Origin: Octopus vulgaris
Taxonomy: Eukaryota
Length of the DNA: 64,000 nucleotides
Assembly: GCA_951406725.2 (NCBI GenBank)
Contig: OX597822.1
Span: forward strand, 111,786,001 to 111,850,000
Direction: 5' to 3'
The notes beneath the pieces were generated by a model. That model was not told the origin of the DNA and did not search any database. It was given only the letters and a program-made list of their open reading frames with translations. Each line of letters begins with the position of its first letter. Position 1 is the stretch's first letter. The position numbers were made by a program, and so were the translations under genes. Below are positions 14,294-28,847 of the stretch, piece by piece.

Positions 14294-15313
14294 TTATATA
14301 TGTTATATATGTTTCGAACAAAGCTCGGTCTAGGCCATGTCTAACTTGATAGCACCACCTGATAGGATTATCTAAATCCTGTTTAAGTGAAGTTTTGTTT
14401 ATGATCCATTCAAGTAGCGAGTTTTTGTTGAGTGAGTTGTATCCAGGTACGGGTGGCTTATCCGGTATTCCTTGAAGAAATCTGTCCAGACTCCGTTTAA
14501 AGTTGATGGGATCCTTTTCCTTTTTGATCTCTTTCGGCACAATGTTAAACAGGGCGGGGCCTGTTGAGGAAAAGAAATTATGTTACAGTGTACCTATATG
14601 CTGTGGTCCTGAATTGAGCAGGGGACGTATGGTCCGTGTTCCCACCCTTGGATGAACCTTGAAGCTAATGTTCAGGTCGTTTGGGCAAAGTTGGCGTTAT
14701 ATTCTCCACAGCGTACAAATGATGCACCGCTCACGGCGACGCTGGAGAGATAGAGTTTCAAGGCTTTAAGACGGTCTTATTAATCGAGAGCAGCCATGCC
14801 TTCAATTCGTTTAGTGAGTGCTCTCTTGGGTGATTCAATCCTCGAGATGTTTTGTCTTGTATGGGGAGACCACAGTGGGTAGCAGTATTCGAGGTGTGAC
14901 CGTACAAAGGAGGAGAAAAGTGGTATGATGACACCTTGTTCTCTGGACCGGAAGGTTCTTAAGATCCAGGAACTCATCCTACGAGCTATATCGACCTTCT
15001 TGTTGATGTGTGCACTCCAACTGAGATCGTCATCAACAATTACACCCAGGTCTCTGATATTGTTAGAGTCTGTGAGCGGCTCCCCTGAAGGAAGAGAGTA
15101 TGGCTGTTTTAGTGAGGAATTTCTTCCAAAATGCATCAGCTCAAATTTTCCCTCGTTCAGTTGCATTTTGTTTCTGTCTGCCCATTGACTCACAGCATAT
15201 AGATCAGACTGGAGTTGAGTTCGGTCTGCTTCTTCATTGATGATTTTCTGGAGCTTAGTGTCATCAGCAAATATTTTCACTTTGCAGTTGTGTACGACAC
15301 TGGAAAGGTCATT
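14294..15313 (-). mobile_element. 5'-truncated CR1-like LINE (RT C-terminal part and 3' UTR)
   Basis: KIFADDTKL, LQSDL..WA..NKMQLN..K, IRDLGVIVD, VRSHLEYC..WSP; short AACATATAT tail repeat; frameshifted. Confidence 0.88.
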
Positions 15314-15389
15314 TATATATATATATATTTGCTACCCGGGTATCGGTTAACCGAATTATCCATACTAGGATAATTCATTCAACTACTTA

Positions 15390-15455
<66 letters not shown>

Positions 15456-15914
15456 ATTATAGTTAGGGTTCAGCTAACTACTTCACCATATACCGAAATT
15501 AGAGAAAGGAGTTAAAAATTCCTTTTCTACTAAGTTTTTCTTTACTGCTTTTCTACTATTGTTTAACTTATAGAAAAATGTTATGGTTTATTATCACAAT
15601 TATTAAGACATGTTCATATTTTCTATCACATTTCTTGACAATATGCTGTGTATATTTTGTTATTAATCACCTTTTATTAACGCATTTTCATTCATTTCCA
15701 ACAGCTTTCGTTCAGGTAAATCCGTTTCATTTATAGTAATTTTTTTTTTGTATTCGATAGCTCACAAAACTCCTTTTTTTCATTTATGCCCTGCACAATA
15801 TCTTTAATTTTTATTTCTTTTAACATCTCCTATTAATATAAATTTTACTAGGTAAATATTGATTGTTTTCATATGAATATATATATGTATACATAGAGAG
15901 AGAGAGATGGAGAG

Positions 15915-15972
<58 letters not shown>

Positions 15973-16111
15973 ATATATGTATGTATGTATGTATATGTAT
16001 GTATGTATGTATATATATGTATATATATGTATATATATGTATATCTATATGTATGTATGTGTGTATATATATGTATATATATGTATGTATGTATATATAT
16101 GTATATATATG

Positions 16112-16159
<48 letters not shown>

Positions 16160-16168
16160 AATGTATAT
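15915..16168. repeat. (TA)n/(TATG)n microsatellite
   Basis: Directly visible. Confidence 0.95.
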
Positions 16169-16260
16169 AAATTTGTGCGAAAATTGTAAATAACGAATCA
16201 GGTTTTTGCTTTTCCTAGCACGAACCATTATTGCAGATATATTTACACACGTACAAACAC

Positions 16261-16312
<52 letters not shown>

Positions 16313-16387
16313 GAGAGAGAGAAAGAAAGAGGAGACGAGGGAGAGAACGATATGAATCATTATAATCTAGGTGCATCACCTCGTAGG

Positions 16388-16462
<75 letters not shown>

Positions 16463-19400
16463 CACACTACATTGTTCATATGTTCATATTTAAACAAACA
16501 GGAGTTTATGCTAGATTTTTTCCCCTTTACTTTTTATACAAATATTAATTTCTGTATTTTCTGTTTCTTTGGAAACATAGTATTAAAAACTTTGCATTAG
16601 TTAATTACTTTGCCAAACTTTGCTCTCCTAATTTTCCTATTTACCGATAGTTTCGATGCACAGCTGCCAATCTGATAATTTCCCCAATAAATTTAATCGG
16701 TCTTAAAACCACAATGAATTTTCTTCAAAATAATGCACACATTTCTGTTCGAATAGTTGCGTCAGGTATAGTTATCACTTCCAGGTAAAACGTGTAATAT
16801 GTTTTTTGTTTTCTTTTCAATAATTTTTAATATCTAATTCCAACCAATGACAAATACAAAATTTATTTAAATATTTAGGCACCTGTAACGTAATACTCAA
16901 TCTTTTTCTCAATACAAAAATATGTGTTCCAATTATATTATGTATTAGAATTGAGTTAGCTGCACTATAAATGTGTATATATATATTTGTGCGTGTGTGT
17001 GTGTGTGTGTCTGTGTGTGCTCGCACGGAAGTAAGTTGAAAGAAATAATTCTGAGGAGCGAATGGTATGACATTGAATAATAAAGTGAAATTCCTTATAT
17101 TAAATATAAGTTATAAATATATGTTATAACAAGAGGGATTTATCCAAATAATCCCCGATTTCAAAGAATGTATAATAATCGCATGATAGTAGTCGCGATC
17201 AACTCTTGATGAGACAGTGAAATGATTTCAATATATCAAGAATTTTTCTATACTGACATTCCATTACTGAAAAGACCGTGTGTTTGCCTGGCAGCTTTAG
17301 ATATGTATTTCAATACAACAGAACTCAAACGGTTCAATAAGCTTTCTCTCATAATATATGGGTATACATACACATTTACACACGCACACACACACAAACA
17401 CACACACACATGCACACACACACACACACACATGCACACACACACAGCCATCGGGATGTAGAATTCAGCTTCCGCAGGCTGACATCAAATACGTCAAATC
17501 CATTTAAACCGTTTTCAATGATGACACAGAGGGAGCACTGAGCCGCCGTTTGTGCCTATGTTAAAGCAAGAGAATCATAGAAAAGGGAACTGATTTTGAT
17601 TCGATGCCCACAAGAAGTCAGATGACTTCTGGTTCCATGGCGTATATGTGACCGAGACCACAACATTCCCGGGAACTGAACTCCAGTCTCTTGCAGTTTT
17701 ACTCATAACTGACTGTACTGGAACCTTGTGAACTGATGTGTTTTGCTCAAAAAGAAAATGCTCCGCACGGTCCGGAAATAGAAAACACGATATTCCGATC
17801 GAGTGTGCAACACCCTGACCCTACGTGCATTCACAAAAAATTCGTATGTAACTGTATTAAAAGTTTCTGTGTAGATATGTCCTTTAAATAGGATATTCTT
17901 GTATATATTCTTTCTTGCCTGTCATGTGAATTTCTTTTTCGTTACCAGTAAACAATTGCTACACATATAAAGAACATGATCCAGCAGAAATATTATTTAT
18001 GAGTATTATAGAAGTACGTTGATTATTTCAATGTCTATTTCCTGACATTGTTAAAATTACTTTAATTCTAATTGATTGAATTATATGTATTTCATATTAT
18101 AACATAAATCGTTGATTTTTGTTAGTAAAAACCACATGGAAGCATGCAAGTTTTGGAAGATTTACATTTTGTGTTGCTATTAATCACATATCGTATTAAT
18201 ATAAGGATTTCTAGATTCTCTGTCTTCTGAATTTTTGCGAATCCAGAGCATAACAGTGAACATAAAATTTCCTGGAGCAATTGCTATTGACAATTTGAAA
18301 GTAGTTTAACATTGCATACTATATCTACTGTGTAGTGATATGACATTTCGAATTTTCCTTATTTGTGTTTTTGGATCTCTCGATATTTTTAATATATTGT
18401 AGAATATATTGTAATATATTGTAGATAAGGAGAAAAGGCGTGGATGATATGAGCAACTCATTTATATTTTTAGGCATTATTTTTTCATATACATATGTGG
18501 CCTTTGCGAAAATAAACCTATTGATTTGCAGTTATATAAGTAGGTTATTCTAATTTCAAGTTAACGAGAATATTCGAATTTGCTTATTTTTTGCAAACTA
18601 ACGAATATCTAGAAAGAAGTTTTAGTTTCATTTTACGACAGTCACCTCACTAATGCATAAGAAACCATCACCAAATAATAGTTCTATAAGCGAAAAGGAA
18701 ATATTCATTGACAAGATGTTTCTACGTCTAAAATGCAATTAGCATATATAATTTGTTCTTTTTGCTTATAGTGTCTAAATACATAATTCTGAGTGATTCA
18801 GTTCTCGATTGTGCATGTGTACTGATCCACGTAATATTCATAGCAAAGTCACATCCACTGTTCATTAAATCGAAATCACTAAAGGTCGAATGTAAGCAAC
18901 ATGAATTATTTAAACCAGAAATTGTATCGGTTATCATAAGCCTCCATTATCATGAACAACGAGAGAAAATTGCATAACACATAATCCATCACAATTATAT
19001 TTCTCATTCTGTATATACATTAGCATGTTTCATACGCATTATAAACAAGTTGAAGACATCTTTCGACAAAAGAAATCGACTTTTGCATTACCTACTATTC
19101 AAACACCAAAGTGTATATGCAAAGTCTAAAGGAAATCACATCTTTTTCATAGAGTTCGTTCCGTGTCGAATCTGCTGCATAACATATATGTAAGAAAACA
19201 AACTCATATTATCTTTTATTATTTCACAATCATAAGACATTGGTCAGATACATCATACTCTTATATAAGAAAAGAAATCAGCATAGCCAGTCCAAACTAG
19301 AATCTGCTTGTTTGATAAATACCTTCATTCTTTAAACACCACAGAATTTGCAGTTTAGGTCTCCCTTCCAATTTTTTCTCAGTGGTAATAAAATGACCTA

Positions 19401-21019
19401 TTAAAACCTGTTTTAACGGACTAATCATCATCTCTCTAATTCTGTCGATCACGCTGTTATATACTTAAATTTTACAAACTATCGTCTTATCCGACAAGAC
19501 TATCTCTGGGTTAACAACCGCTTTCCCTTGATGCTATTAACAGATAACACGATAACATTATCTTTTATCACTCGCCCCTCCTCTCCTTCTCATCGTCATC
19601 ATCACCATCATCATCATCGTTACCGGCATCAGACATCATCATCATCATCACTTTCCTTGTTGAAATTTTTAAAACTGAGGTTTCATAAAAAGTATCATTT
19701 TTATAATTGAAATAATGTAAATGGAAACAAGATATTATGAAAAAAAAGATTCCAATATGAAAAAAAAATCACTTTAAATTTAATTTCAATATGAATTATT
19801 GTTTGAAAATGAGATTTAGGGTTAAATTAATAGTTCGATAATTTGTGTTTTTAAAAGCAAAGAATCTCACCAGCACAATGCCGATGTATTGGAACGATGA
19901 ACATTTCTGTTTATCTAGTTTCTCTTAATTGAAGATGACAAACCTAAACATGGATAATGTTGAAGTTTCAAACATTTTATTTAATTTTCTATAAACTTGA
20001 AATAAATAATCAAGAAAACTTCATTTTCAATATTTGACGCATATTTTATTATTTTTCTTTCTCGCATAGAATAAAATTCTCTTTTCATAGAAATCTATTT
20101 CAAAATATTGATTTTAACTTTCTTTTACGTCTTAATGTAATCAATATAGCTTTACGCATGTACCCAATGTTGATTTAGCTATGTAATCAGTTTCAATTTA
20201 TTAATTTAATTGAATCAAGCAAATGTTGTTTTCAATTTACGAGGCAACTATTTTAGAACCATTGTTTAATTTTCTTTCTTCCACAGAGAATTTGGAAAAC
20301 AACAGAGAAAGTAAGATATTAAATTATTTGAATATCTATGGTGTACATAAATCTTGCAAAAAAATTACAATTAGTTTATTTAAATAGCAACGGATGTTGG
20401 TCACGTAATAACAACTCATTGCCATAAAAGTAGTGAAACATTTCAAGAGCTGATGAAAATTGCTAAAGATACAAAGTTGATAGGGAAGCCATAAAACTTT
20501 CAAAAGCATTAGGCAGATGACGCTTTGAAGAGCATTCTGAAAATGATAATACCAAACTATTATAAATTTTCAAATAGAAAGGTCTCAGTTGAATAAATAC
20601 TAAGCATCCCTGATGTTTTCTCCACCTGTCATATCTTCAACATCCCTATGAAATTGACCATGCATTTTTTTCTTTACTCATCTATTTTCTGTTTCATTCG
20701 TTTTCAATTTCTTGTATAGTGCTTTATCGTTGCAATCTTTCATCCTACAAAAGCCTGACCTTCTTACTTCTAATAATAGCGGTTCTGTGGCATTTTTCAC
20801 ATACCAAGTTATGTTGGTTTCTTCTGCTCTAATGCTGTGTTTGCATCCAATAAGTCCTTATCCCCCTCTTTTTCTTGGTACAAACAGTCCGTCTGTGTCA
20901 CATTTTAGGTGACCCATATCTAGTTAGCAACTACCTTGTCTTTCTTTCTTAGCTGTTTAGTTCGTCTACTGTACATGCGATTACCCCTGCTCCATGTCTA
21001 AGGAGTGAAACCGCCCAGG

Positions 21020-21130
21020 TATTGATAGCTTTGATCTTCTTCCGTCCGCTTAATTTCGACTTAAGAATCAGTCTCGTTTGTCTGTCCTTGTTTGTTCCCT
21101 CTATGTTTAGCCCCTTGTGGGTAATAAAAA
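21020..21130 (+). mobile_element. Degenerate SINE family C 3' part, followed by (TAT)n
   Basis: TTTGTCTGTCCTTGTTTGTTCCCTCTATGTTTAGCCCCTTGTGGGTAATAAA matches the tail of 63145-63375. Confidence 0.7.
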
Positions 21131-21142
21131 ATTTTTTTTTTA

Positions 21143-21198
<56 letters not shown>

Positions 21199-21871
21199 GC
21201 AATATGATGAACGCGATGCGATTGCAATAGATATTTTGTTTTTTTAACGTTATTTCGACTGCAAGCCTGTCTTTGTCGAGATCATAATGGAAAGAGATAA
21301 AAATTCAAAATTATAGAAATTCAAATCCAAAATAAGAACGAGAGCTACCAGCTTCCACACGTTGATGGAATGACATCATCAGTCTTCAGAGTTAAATTTT
21401 ACAACTGGTAAAAGGAAATAGAAAGAAAAAAGAAAAGAACAAAGAAGAGGAATATTAATCAAACAGTTCTGTGTAACATTGATCATATATTCTCTCGTCA
21501 TTTCATTCATTCCACCAGGGTGTGATATAATATACAGCTGCAAACATATTTCTCTTCGTATATGACACAAAATGCTTCGAGATATAGAATTCATAATACC
21601 TACTGCAGTTGCGACCTTATTTCATGGACTTTCATTCATTACTAACTGCTAAATCTGTGTTCAACAAAATTTATTCATTGACTAAGTGGCTTAATACCAT
21701 ATCATAAACTGCTAAAGAAAATGGTAATTATACATTTTACGCCTATTAACTTGAAACGACTTCCAATTACTGGCTAATTCAACTTAAATCATCCACAGGA
21801 ATGCACCATTATAATAAATTACACCGTTCAAAGAACGGGTGCATTTGGTAGAATTTATATATATATATATA

Positions 21872-22368
21872 CTAGCACTGAAGACCCGTCGTTGCCGGGT
21901 CATAGTGCTAGTGCATGTATATATGTGTATATATATGTGTATTTATTCCCATTCATGTGAAACCACTTATTCAAGTTCAAGTCATTGATGCAATTTTATA
22001 CCAATTGCTATTTTTACTTTTGTTATGTTACGATTATATTATACTTTAGTTTGATTTTAATTATTACTTACTACATATAATTCAATTGTTATTATTATTT
22101 TTATTGTTAAAGTGAAAGTATCTGACATAAAATAGAGAAATGTTTTTGTTTCACTTTTAACACATAATACTGAAATAGTGGAGAAGATATGACATTGCTA
22201 TGGGCTCGCTCTAGGCAAGAAGTTGAACATTTTTTTTGCCCATGAAACTACATGGACCCTAAGTAAGGCATGTGTTAAATTTGAATGAAATTGGTTGTGT
22301 AGTTCTCAAGGTTTAGGGAAACACACAGATAGACAATTTTACACACATTCTCAGTTTTATATATATAA

Positions 22369-22371
<3 letters not shown>
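21872..22371 (-). mobile_element. Non-autonomous Helitron
   Basis: Minus strand starts TCTTTATATATATAAAA and ends CTAG; GC hairpin GACCCG..CGGGTC near the 3' end; A|T insertion site. Confidence 0.75.
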
Positions 22372-22427
<56 letters not shown>

Positions 22428-24686
22428 ATGCAGGGGAACAATTGCATAATCAAGTACCTGCCTACCTGGAGAACTACGTTGCGTGGAAACTATTGTAGTT
22501 TCAATGCGCATGAAGGTCGATCTGTCAGTGTTACCACTGAAGAAAATGAAATTCTTCTGCATCAAGCATTCACTCAAACGCCACAGCAATAAATTTAAAA
22601 AAAGAATGCTTGCTATGAACTAGGCATCTGCCGCAGGTCCCTTAGTCAATTTATGAATCGCTTAGGTTTTAAAAAATAAATAGAGAAACGACACACACAC
22701 ACACACACACACATATCTGCCGTTTATCGTTGACGTATCACACGCCGCCGATTAACTTCAGTATAGTAATGTAACTCAACACCTTCACACAGAGTCATAA
22801 TAGTGATGCACATAACATTTACTAATTAGTAATGGAAACTATCTCCTACGATGTAGACTGTGGCGGTGATATATAAATGTATTAGCCACGAACAACTTAA
22901 TGCAGCAGATTCCATTGATATGTCAAGCGTAGAACCTTACTTTAATTAATGGAAAATTCCTTGATAATGGATGGCAGATGACAGCAATAATATTCACCGA
23001 GTATCCAAATGCAGATCTATTTGTACCCTTCGTACATATTGCGAAGAATGCAAGATTTAATCAATAAATCCTATAGATTGACAACTTTCCAATGATAACA
23101 TTTCTAGGAAATACATTATATCTGCACCGTTAACCAATTATATTATTGCGTTGTATAAGTTAGGTATAAGCCTCCCATCTGCTAAATTATTGGAGATGAT
23201 GAACACCTTGTCATTATTATCCAGAGTGTATTTCAATTTAGACATGTTTATAATTGGTGCATGTGAATATCAAAATTACAGAATGCCCGACATATTGCAA
23301 TATGTTATTGAATCGTTATTCTCGATTCTCATATAAAAGATCCGGTTGCTGAACCAATATCCTAGGTTCAGATTTCAACTTCAGTGCACATGAGTCGACA
23401 AATATTCTTTTCGTGGTATTTCATGGCTATTCGTCTTTGAATAACAGATATATCTCTTGGACATAGCTGACAATATTAATTGTGTAACATACTCCACAAA
23501 AAAACGGGATTTTGACGTACGCATTTCCCTCGCTGTACTTCATATATCATGAATCTTTTAGCACTAAACTTGTGAAAATGGGTATAGTATAACTTGTTTG
23601 ATTTACTGATCCTGGTAGATCTTAAGGAATTTTCAACCTCGGTAGGATCATTAACAAGTAATAAATCATTGTTTGAAGTGATTTAATATAAAGTATGGCA
23701 TCTTCAGAAGGGTATGTGTAGCTCATTATACTATATGTTACATCTCAATATTCCTAGCTGTTGATTGAACTCATAACGACGACATTAAATTTGGGTGTGC
23801 CGTTATCAGATATGGCAATATTCATTAGGTGATTATTGTTGTTGCTCCACTTTCATGATTAACCTTCATCGAACTCTCCTAAATATGATTATTTCATAGA
23901 ATAAGAAAGCATAGAATAGATAACAATCTTTCCAATTTATAACTACAGAAGATGTGGAACTCTTGCACATTTTCAGACAGACTTGAGAATGTTATTACGC
24001 AGTAAGTGACGGTCTACGCATATCGCACTCTACATCGACCAATCTATTAAATTAGGCTTAAAAATTCGTGTGGTGGTCACAGTGGCTGGAAATAAGTGGA
24101 CGTAGTAAAAGTGGTCAGATATGTACTGCTGTTATTCTTATTATTAATGTATGAATTATAGTAGAGTGAGTGAGGATACAAAACTGCTCTATGTATAATG
24201 TGAAGGTTGTGGCTTTGTATGCAACAACAGGTACATTTGTGGAAATGAATTTCCAGGTGATTTTGTATAAAGTTCGTGCGGATATGAGTAAATTACAAGA
24301 GATTTTGTGCTAGAATGAAACAGTATCTGAAAACAGTGAGTATACATGAAATGTTGTTAACTATTAAACTAACAATGTTTAATGATGTGAATAACTTTTC
24401 TGCAAGATATATGTGTATGTTGTTACTAATATCAAAGGTTTAGGTGAATGCACAACATTAGATTCGGGAGATTTTGAGGGTTTTAGTACAAAATGTGATC
24501 GATGTTTGGGGAAAAGAGATGACTTTAAGCTCTTGCCCTTTTAGTAGTGGATGGTGAATTTATTTGGTGCGAGGGTTTGAGTTAGCTTGTTTCATATCTA
24601 ACCAAAGGTTTTCAAAACATGACTGTTGCAGAAGGTATTGCGGTTTTCTGTGTAGATTTCTGTACATAATGCATGTATTTATTATT

Positions 24687-24977
24687 TTGAGCGAAAACAC
24701 CTAAAGCTCCACGAGGCTCCGGCAGGGATGGTGGTGATCCCTGCTGTACTCTTTCACCACAATTTTCTCTCACTCTTACTTCCTGTTTCTGTTGTACCTG
24801 TATTTCAAAGGGCCGGCCTTGTCACTCTCTGTGTCACGCTGAATATCCCCGAGAACTACGTTAAGGGTACACGTGTCTGTGGAGTGCTCAGCCACTTACA
24901 CGTTAATTTCACGAGCAGGCTGTTCCGTTGATCGGATCAACCGGAACCCACATCGTCGTAACCGACGGAGTGCTTCC
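24687..24977 (+). mobile_element. SINE family B, 5'-truncated
   Basis: Near-identical to the reverse complement of 13236-13530; TSD ATTTATTATT. Confidence 0.92.
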
Positions 24978-26804
24978 CCCATTTATTATTACTTGCTGTG
25001 TACCATTTGAAAAATAAAGCGTCTGTTTAATCTCATTTCAGAACATTTGGCACTCGAATCACTGGTAAGGTATCTCGAATTTTTGCATTATTAGAAAAAT
25101 GACATCGTGGGTGAAAATAAAACATCTTAATTTCATACTAATCTTTGTTTATGACCTTAGTGATGTATTGTAAGTTTTTATTACTTCCGGGTCATACACA
25201 CGAAGAATAGCTTCTTGATGAAACATATATTTTTAAATATATTCTATACGCAATTGTGATGTTTTGAGCGTAATAAGAATAATTGCTCCAGATTTTATCA
25301 TCGAAGAAGTCAATATTACTTTTCTTATGAAATCTTGTATTTTTCTGAACTCTCTGCAAACATACATGCTTGGTACATTTGTTGTGGGAATTTTGAAAGC
25401 TTTGTCAGAATTTACTTCGCACACGGTTGGCGGTTCTGTCATTATTTCATGGATTTCTATTGTTCTGCGAGAACCATTTTTGTGCGTCAACTATTCATGG
25501 TTTGAATATCTCTCTATCTATATCCCAGATATAGATAGGGAGATACTTCCTCTTTTGTGCCATATTATTATCAGTCTTCGTTTATCCTTCATACTCAAAG
25601 AGGTGAAAAGACATTACTGTTCTATCTCATGAACATTTTTCTTGCAATTTCATTCAGGCCTAAATACAACTTAGTTTGTTTATGGAATTTAGCTGAACAT
25701 TTTCATCTGTTATTTGGTTTTCGTGATTTTAACGTTATGAATACGTTGCATTAGATTTCGTAACCCTGAAAAGGTTAGCTCGATCGAATACTTCGAAAAC
25801 AAAAACACTCAGACGCGACCAGAATATATTTTTTGTTTTTAACTACGCCCTATTTGTGAATATGTACGTGTGAGGTTTACAACTAGTATATTTCCTTCCA
25901 AGTTTAACTAAAGTAACAACTTCATTCGAATTTAGACGAAGTTCACTGAAGTAGTTTGTGTAGATTATTTTATTTCCTAGAGATCTGGTCCATACACTGA
26001 ATAACATGTAGAATTTTTAGAAGAACAACTTAATATTGCAGCTCTTATTTAATATGCATATTTGCTTCTGGTCAACGAAGATACAATAAATATATTACTA
26101 ATTTTTTATAGCAGAAGGCTAGGGTGTTTATCTAACTTTTGTGTTTGGAAATACCTTCCCAGCTCGAGCATATTACGTACACGCATATATTCTCCCATAA
26201 TTCTATAACTTAGTGCTGCTTTTAAAGGTAGTTATACCACGCGTGGTGATGGTGAAGGCGTTTCGATTTTATTAGGAAATACATGCTCACGAAGTATCGA
26301 TTCAGGGACTCTATATCGACGAAATGAACGAAACTCAGTCTACCATTACACGGCCGTACAGCTGACATATATCGATGTAAAAGCATACTTCATGATATCG
26401 ACTTTAATCTAGATGTGCCAGGGGTCACATACATGTCACAATTTTGTGTTGAAGCAGTTTCTCTAAAATGCTTTAAATACATCACTTGAGATACAGTTCC
26501 AAAGTTTCGTTTACACATGTGGTATATAAAGTTGACAGAAATTAATGAATCATTTATAAGATTATAAATTATTAGAGAATGAGAGTCAGATCTTGTCGCA
26601 TGATGTATTGTTAGGGAATGGACTGAGGTGACGACTGGTTGAATTAAAGCCTGGTACTTATTCCATCGATGTCTTTTATCGTAACGCTAGATGATGGTGC
26701 GGGACGTAATCACTCAACTACCGGTTGTGAAGTGGTGGGGAGGGGACAACCACATACACAAAGGCACACACGCCACACGCACATACATGCATACATGCAT
26801 ATAT

Positions 26805-26871
<67 letters not shown>

Positions 26872-26877
<6 letters not shown>

Positions 26878-26981
26878 GTTCCGGTTCAGTCCCACTACGT
26901 GGCATCTTGGGCAAGTGTCTTCTGCTTAGCCCGGGTCGACCAATGCCTTGTGAGTGGATTTGGTAGACGGAAACTGAAAGA

Positions 26982-27026
<45 letters not shown>

Positions 27027-27114
27027 TGGGCTTACAAGAATAAGTCGGGGTCGAGTTGCTCGACTAAAGCGTGTCATGCAGTCAAATGACTGAAACAAGT
27101 AAAAGAGTAAAGAG
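26872..27114 (+). mobile_element. SINE family A, partial and internally deleted
   Basis: Family A body and (AAGAGTA)n tail. Confidence 0.85.
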
Positions 27115-27214
27115 TATATATATACATAGTGTTCTTATCATTTGTGAAAGTTCGACGAAGTTAAAAGTTAAATCCCTATGTGTAATAATAACATTTTCTG
27201 TTAAGGTGCAGACG

Positions 27215-27360
27215 TGACTTGCGTGGTTACATGCTTGCTTTTTAGCCACATGTTTCTGGGTTCGGTCCAACGGCGTGGCACTAAGTCTTCTCTACTATAC
27301 CTTCAGGTCGACCGAAGCCTTTTGAATGCATTTTGTCGGTGGAAACTGAAAGGCGCCCAC

Positions 27361-27402
<42 letters not shown>

Positions 27403-27500
27403 CACCCACAAAGCATTGGTCTGTTTGCAGTTATAGTACAAGACATTTGCTCAAGGTGCCATGCAGAGGGACTGAACCCAGAACCATGTGGTTTCGAGAA
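27215..27500. mobile_element. Two older degenerate family-A-like SINE heads in opposite orientation around a (TA)n
   Basis: Diverged matches to the family A head on + (27215-27360) and - (27400-27500). Confidence 0.6.
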
Positions 27501-27999
27501 TTGAACCACTAAATTGAAAGATGCTGAGAGATCAAACTCTAACACTCACAGGGAATCACTGAAAATTGTTATACGCTTACCTACAGCAAAATAATTGTGG
27601 TTTCTATCAGGAATTTAACAGTACACACAGTAAGTCTAATTCAATACACTTTATGGAGGTTTGCTTTGATATTACACAAATGTATTACACCGCACATTAG
27701 GTATAGCTAATAATAATAGCTTCAAATATCTTGTTTACTTGCGTGATAAAAACCACTTTCGCAAAGTTAGAATATCTGCCAAAGAAAATGTTGCAGAGAC
27801 TAGGTAATATGTGAAGTAATATTAAGTGTCCTATTTTATACAACCATATCAAATATATTTATATACAATTAAATCTGTTTTATACATAATCATTTTGTCT
27901 TTGTATAAATATACCATGCTAAATAATTTTGTTTGCATGCTGCCAAAAACAATGTATGTGATTTCAGTTTTCTCTCCTCGAATACATTAAGTACTTCAG

Positions 28000-28060
<61 letters not shown>

Positions 28061-28264
28061 TTAGGGAATAAATCCAAACTTACAGGGAAAAATCAGATTT
28101 AGGATTGAATCCAATTTTATAGTAAAGTATTATATTATATTAAATTAGAGATAAAACCACTATTAGGCAAATCATACATGAAAAACTTAAAGCCAATACA
28201 TAAGATTATTTAATTTATATTATTTAAATATATAACAAAATTATTAAAAAAATATAATTAATAT

Positions 28265-28333
28265 AACACTACGATCGTTTCATGGCTGTTAATTTCTTTA
28301 AATTTTCGAGTTACAGTCATTCATCAGGTGGTT
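28265..28333 (-). ncRNA. Type I hammerhead ribozyme (minus-strand copy)
   Basis: Reverse complement of 28388-28456. Confidence 0.75.
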
Positions 28334-28387
28334 TAAATATTTGACTTGGCGAGGTTTAATCAATGATCTCGCCAAGTTAAATATTTA

Positions 28388-28456
28388 AACCACCTGATGA
28401 ATGACTGTAACTCGAAAATTTAAAGAAATTAACAGCCATGAAACGATCGTAGTGTT
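28388..28456 (+). ncRNA. Type I hammerhead ribozyme
   Basis: CAC-CTGATGA-[ATGACTGT..ACAGCCAT]-GAAAC-GATC-GTA-GTG: canonical core, palindromic CGATCG stem III, GUA cleavage triplet. Confidence 0.78.
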
Positions 28457-28580
28457 ATATTAATTATATTTTTTTAATAATTTTGTTATATATTTAAATA
28501 ATATAAATTAAATAATCTTATGTATTGGCTTAAGTTTTTCATTGTATGATTTGCCTAATAGTGGTTTTATCTCTAATTTA

Positions 28581-28618
<38 letters not shown>

Positions 28619-28620
<2 letters not shown>

Positions 28621-28847
28621 TCTTTACTACCAACAAGAGGCTAAAAACAGTGGGGACAAACAAGGACAGACAAACGGATTAAGTCGATTACATCGACCTC
28701 AGTGCGTACCTGGTACATAATTTATCGACCCCGAAAGGATGAAAGGCAAAGTCGTCCTCGGCGGAATTTGAACTCAGAAGGTAGCGGCAGACGAAATACG
28801 ACTACGCATTTTGCCCGGCGTGCTAACGTTTCTGCCAGCTCGCCGCC
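28619..28847 (-). mobile_element. SINE family C
   Basis: Reverse complement of 63145-63375; a second partial head lies at 28936-29016. Confidence 0.9.

Larger units (their letters stand above)
28058..28590. mobile_element. Penelope-like/retrozyme-type element terminus as a long hairpin (~223-bp arms)
   Basis: Inverted repeat 28131-28353/28368-28590; (TA)n on both sides; a hammerhead in each arm. Confidence 0.75.

Noticed and set aside
14127-14540. 137-aa ORF that looks like one LINE protein
   Set aside because: Chance in-frame fusion of a CR1-like 3' end with an adjacent RTE 3' fragment
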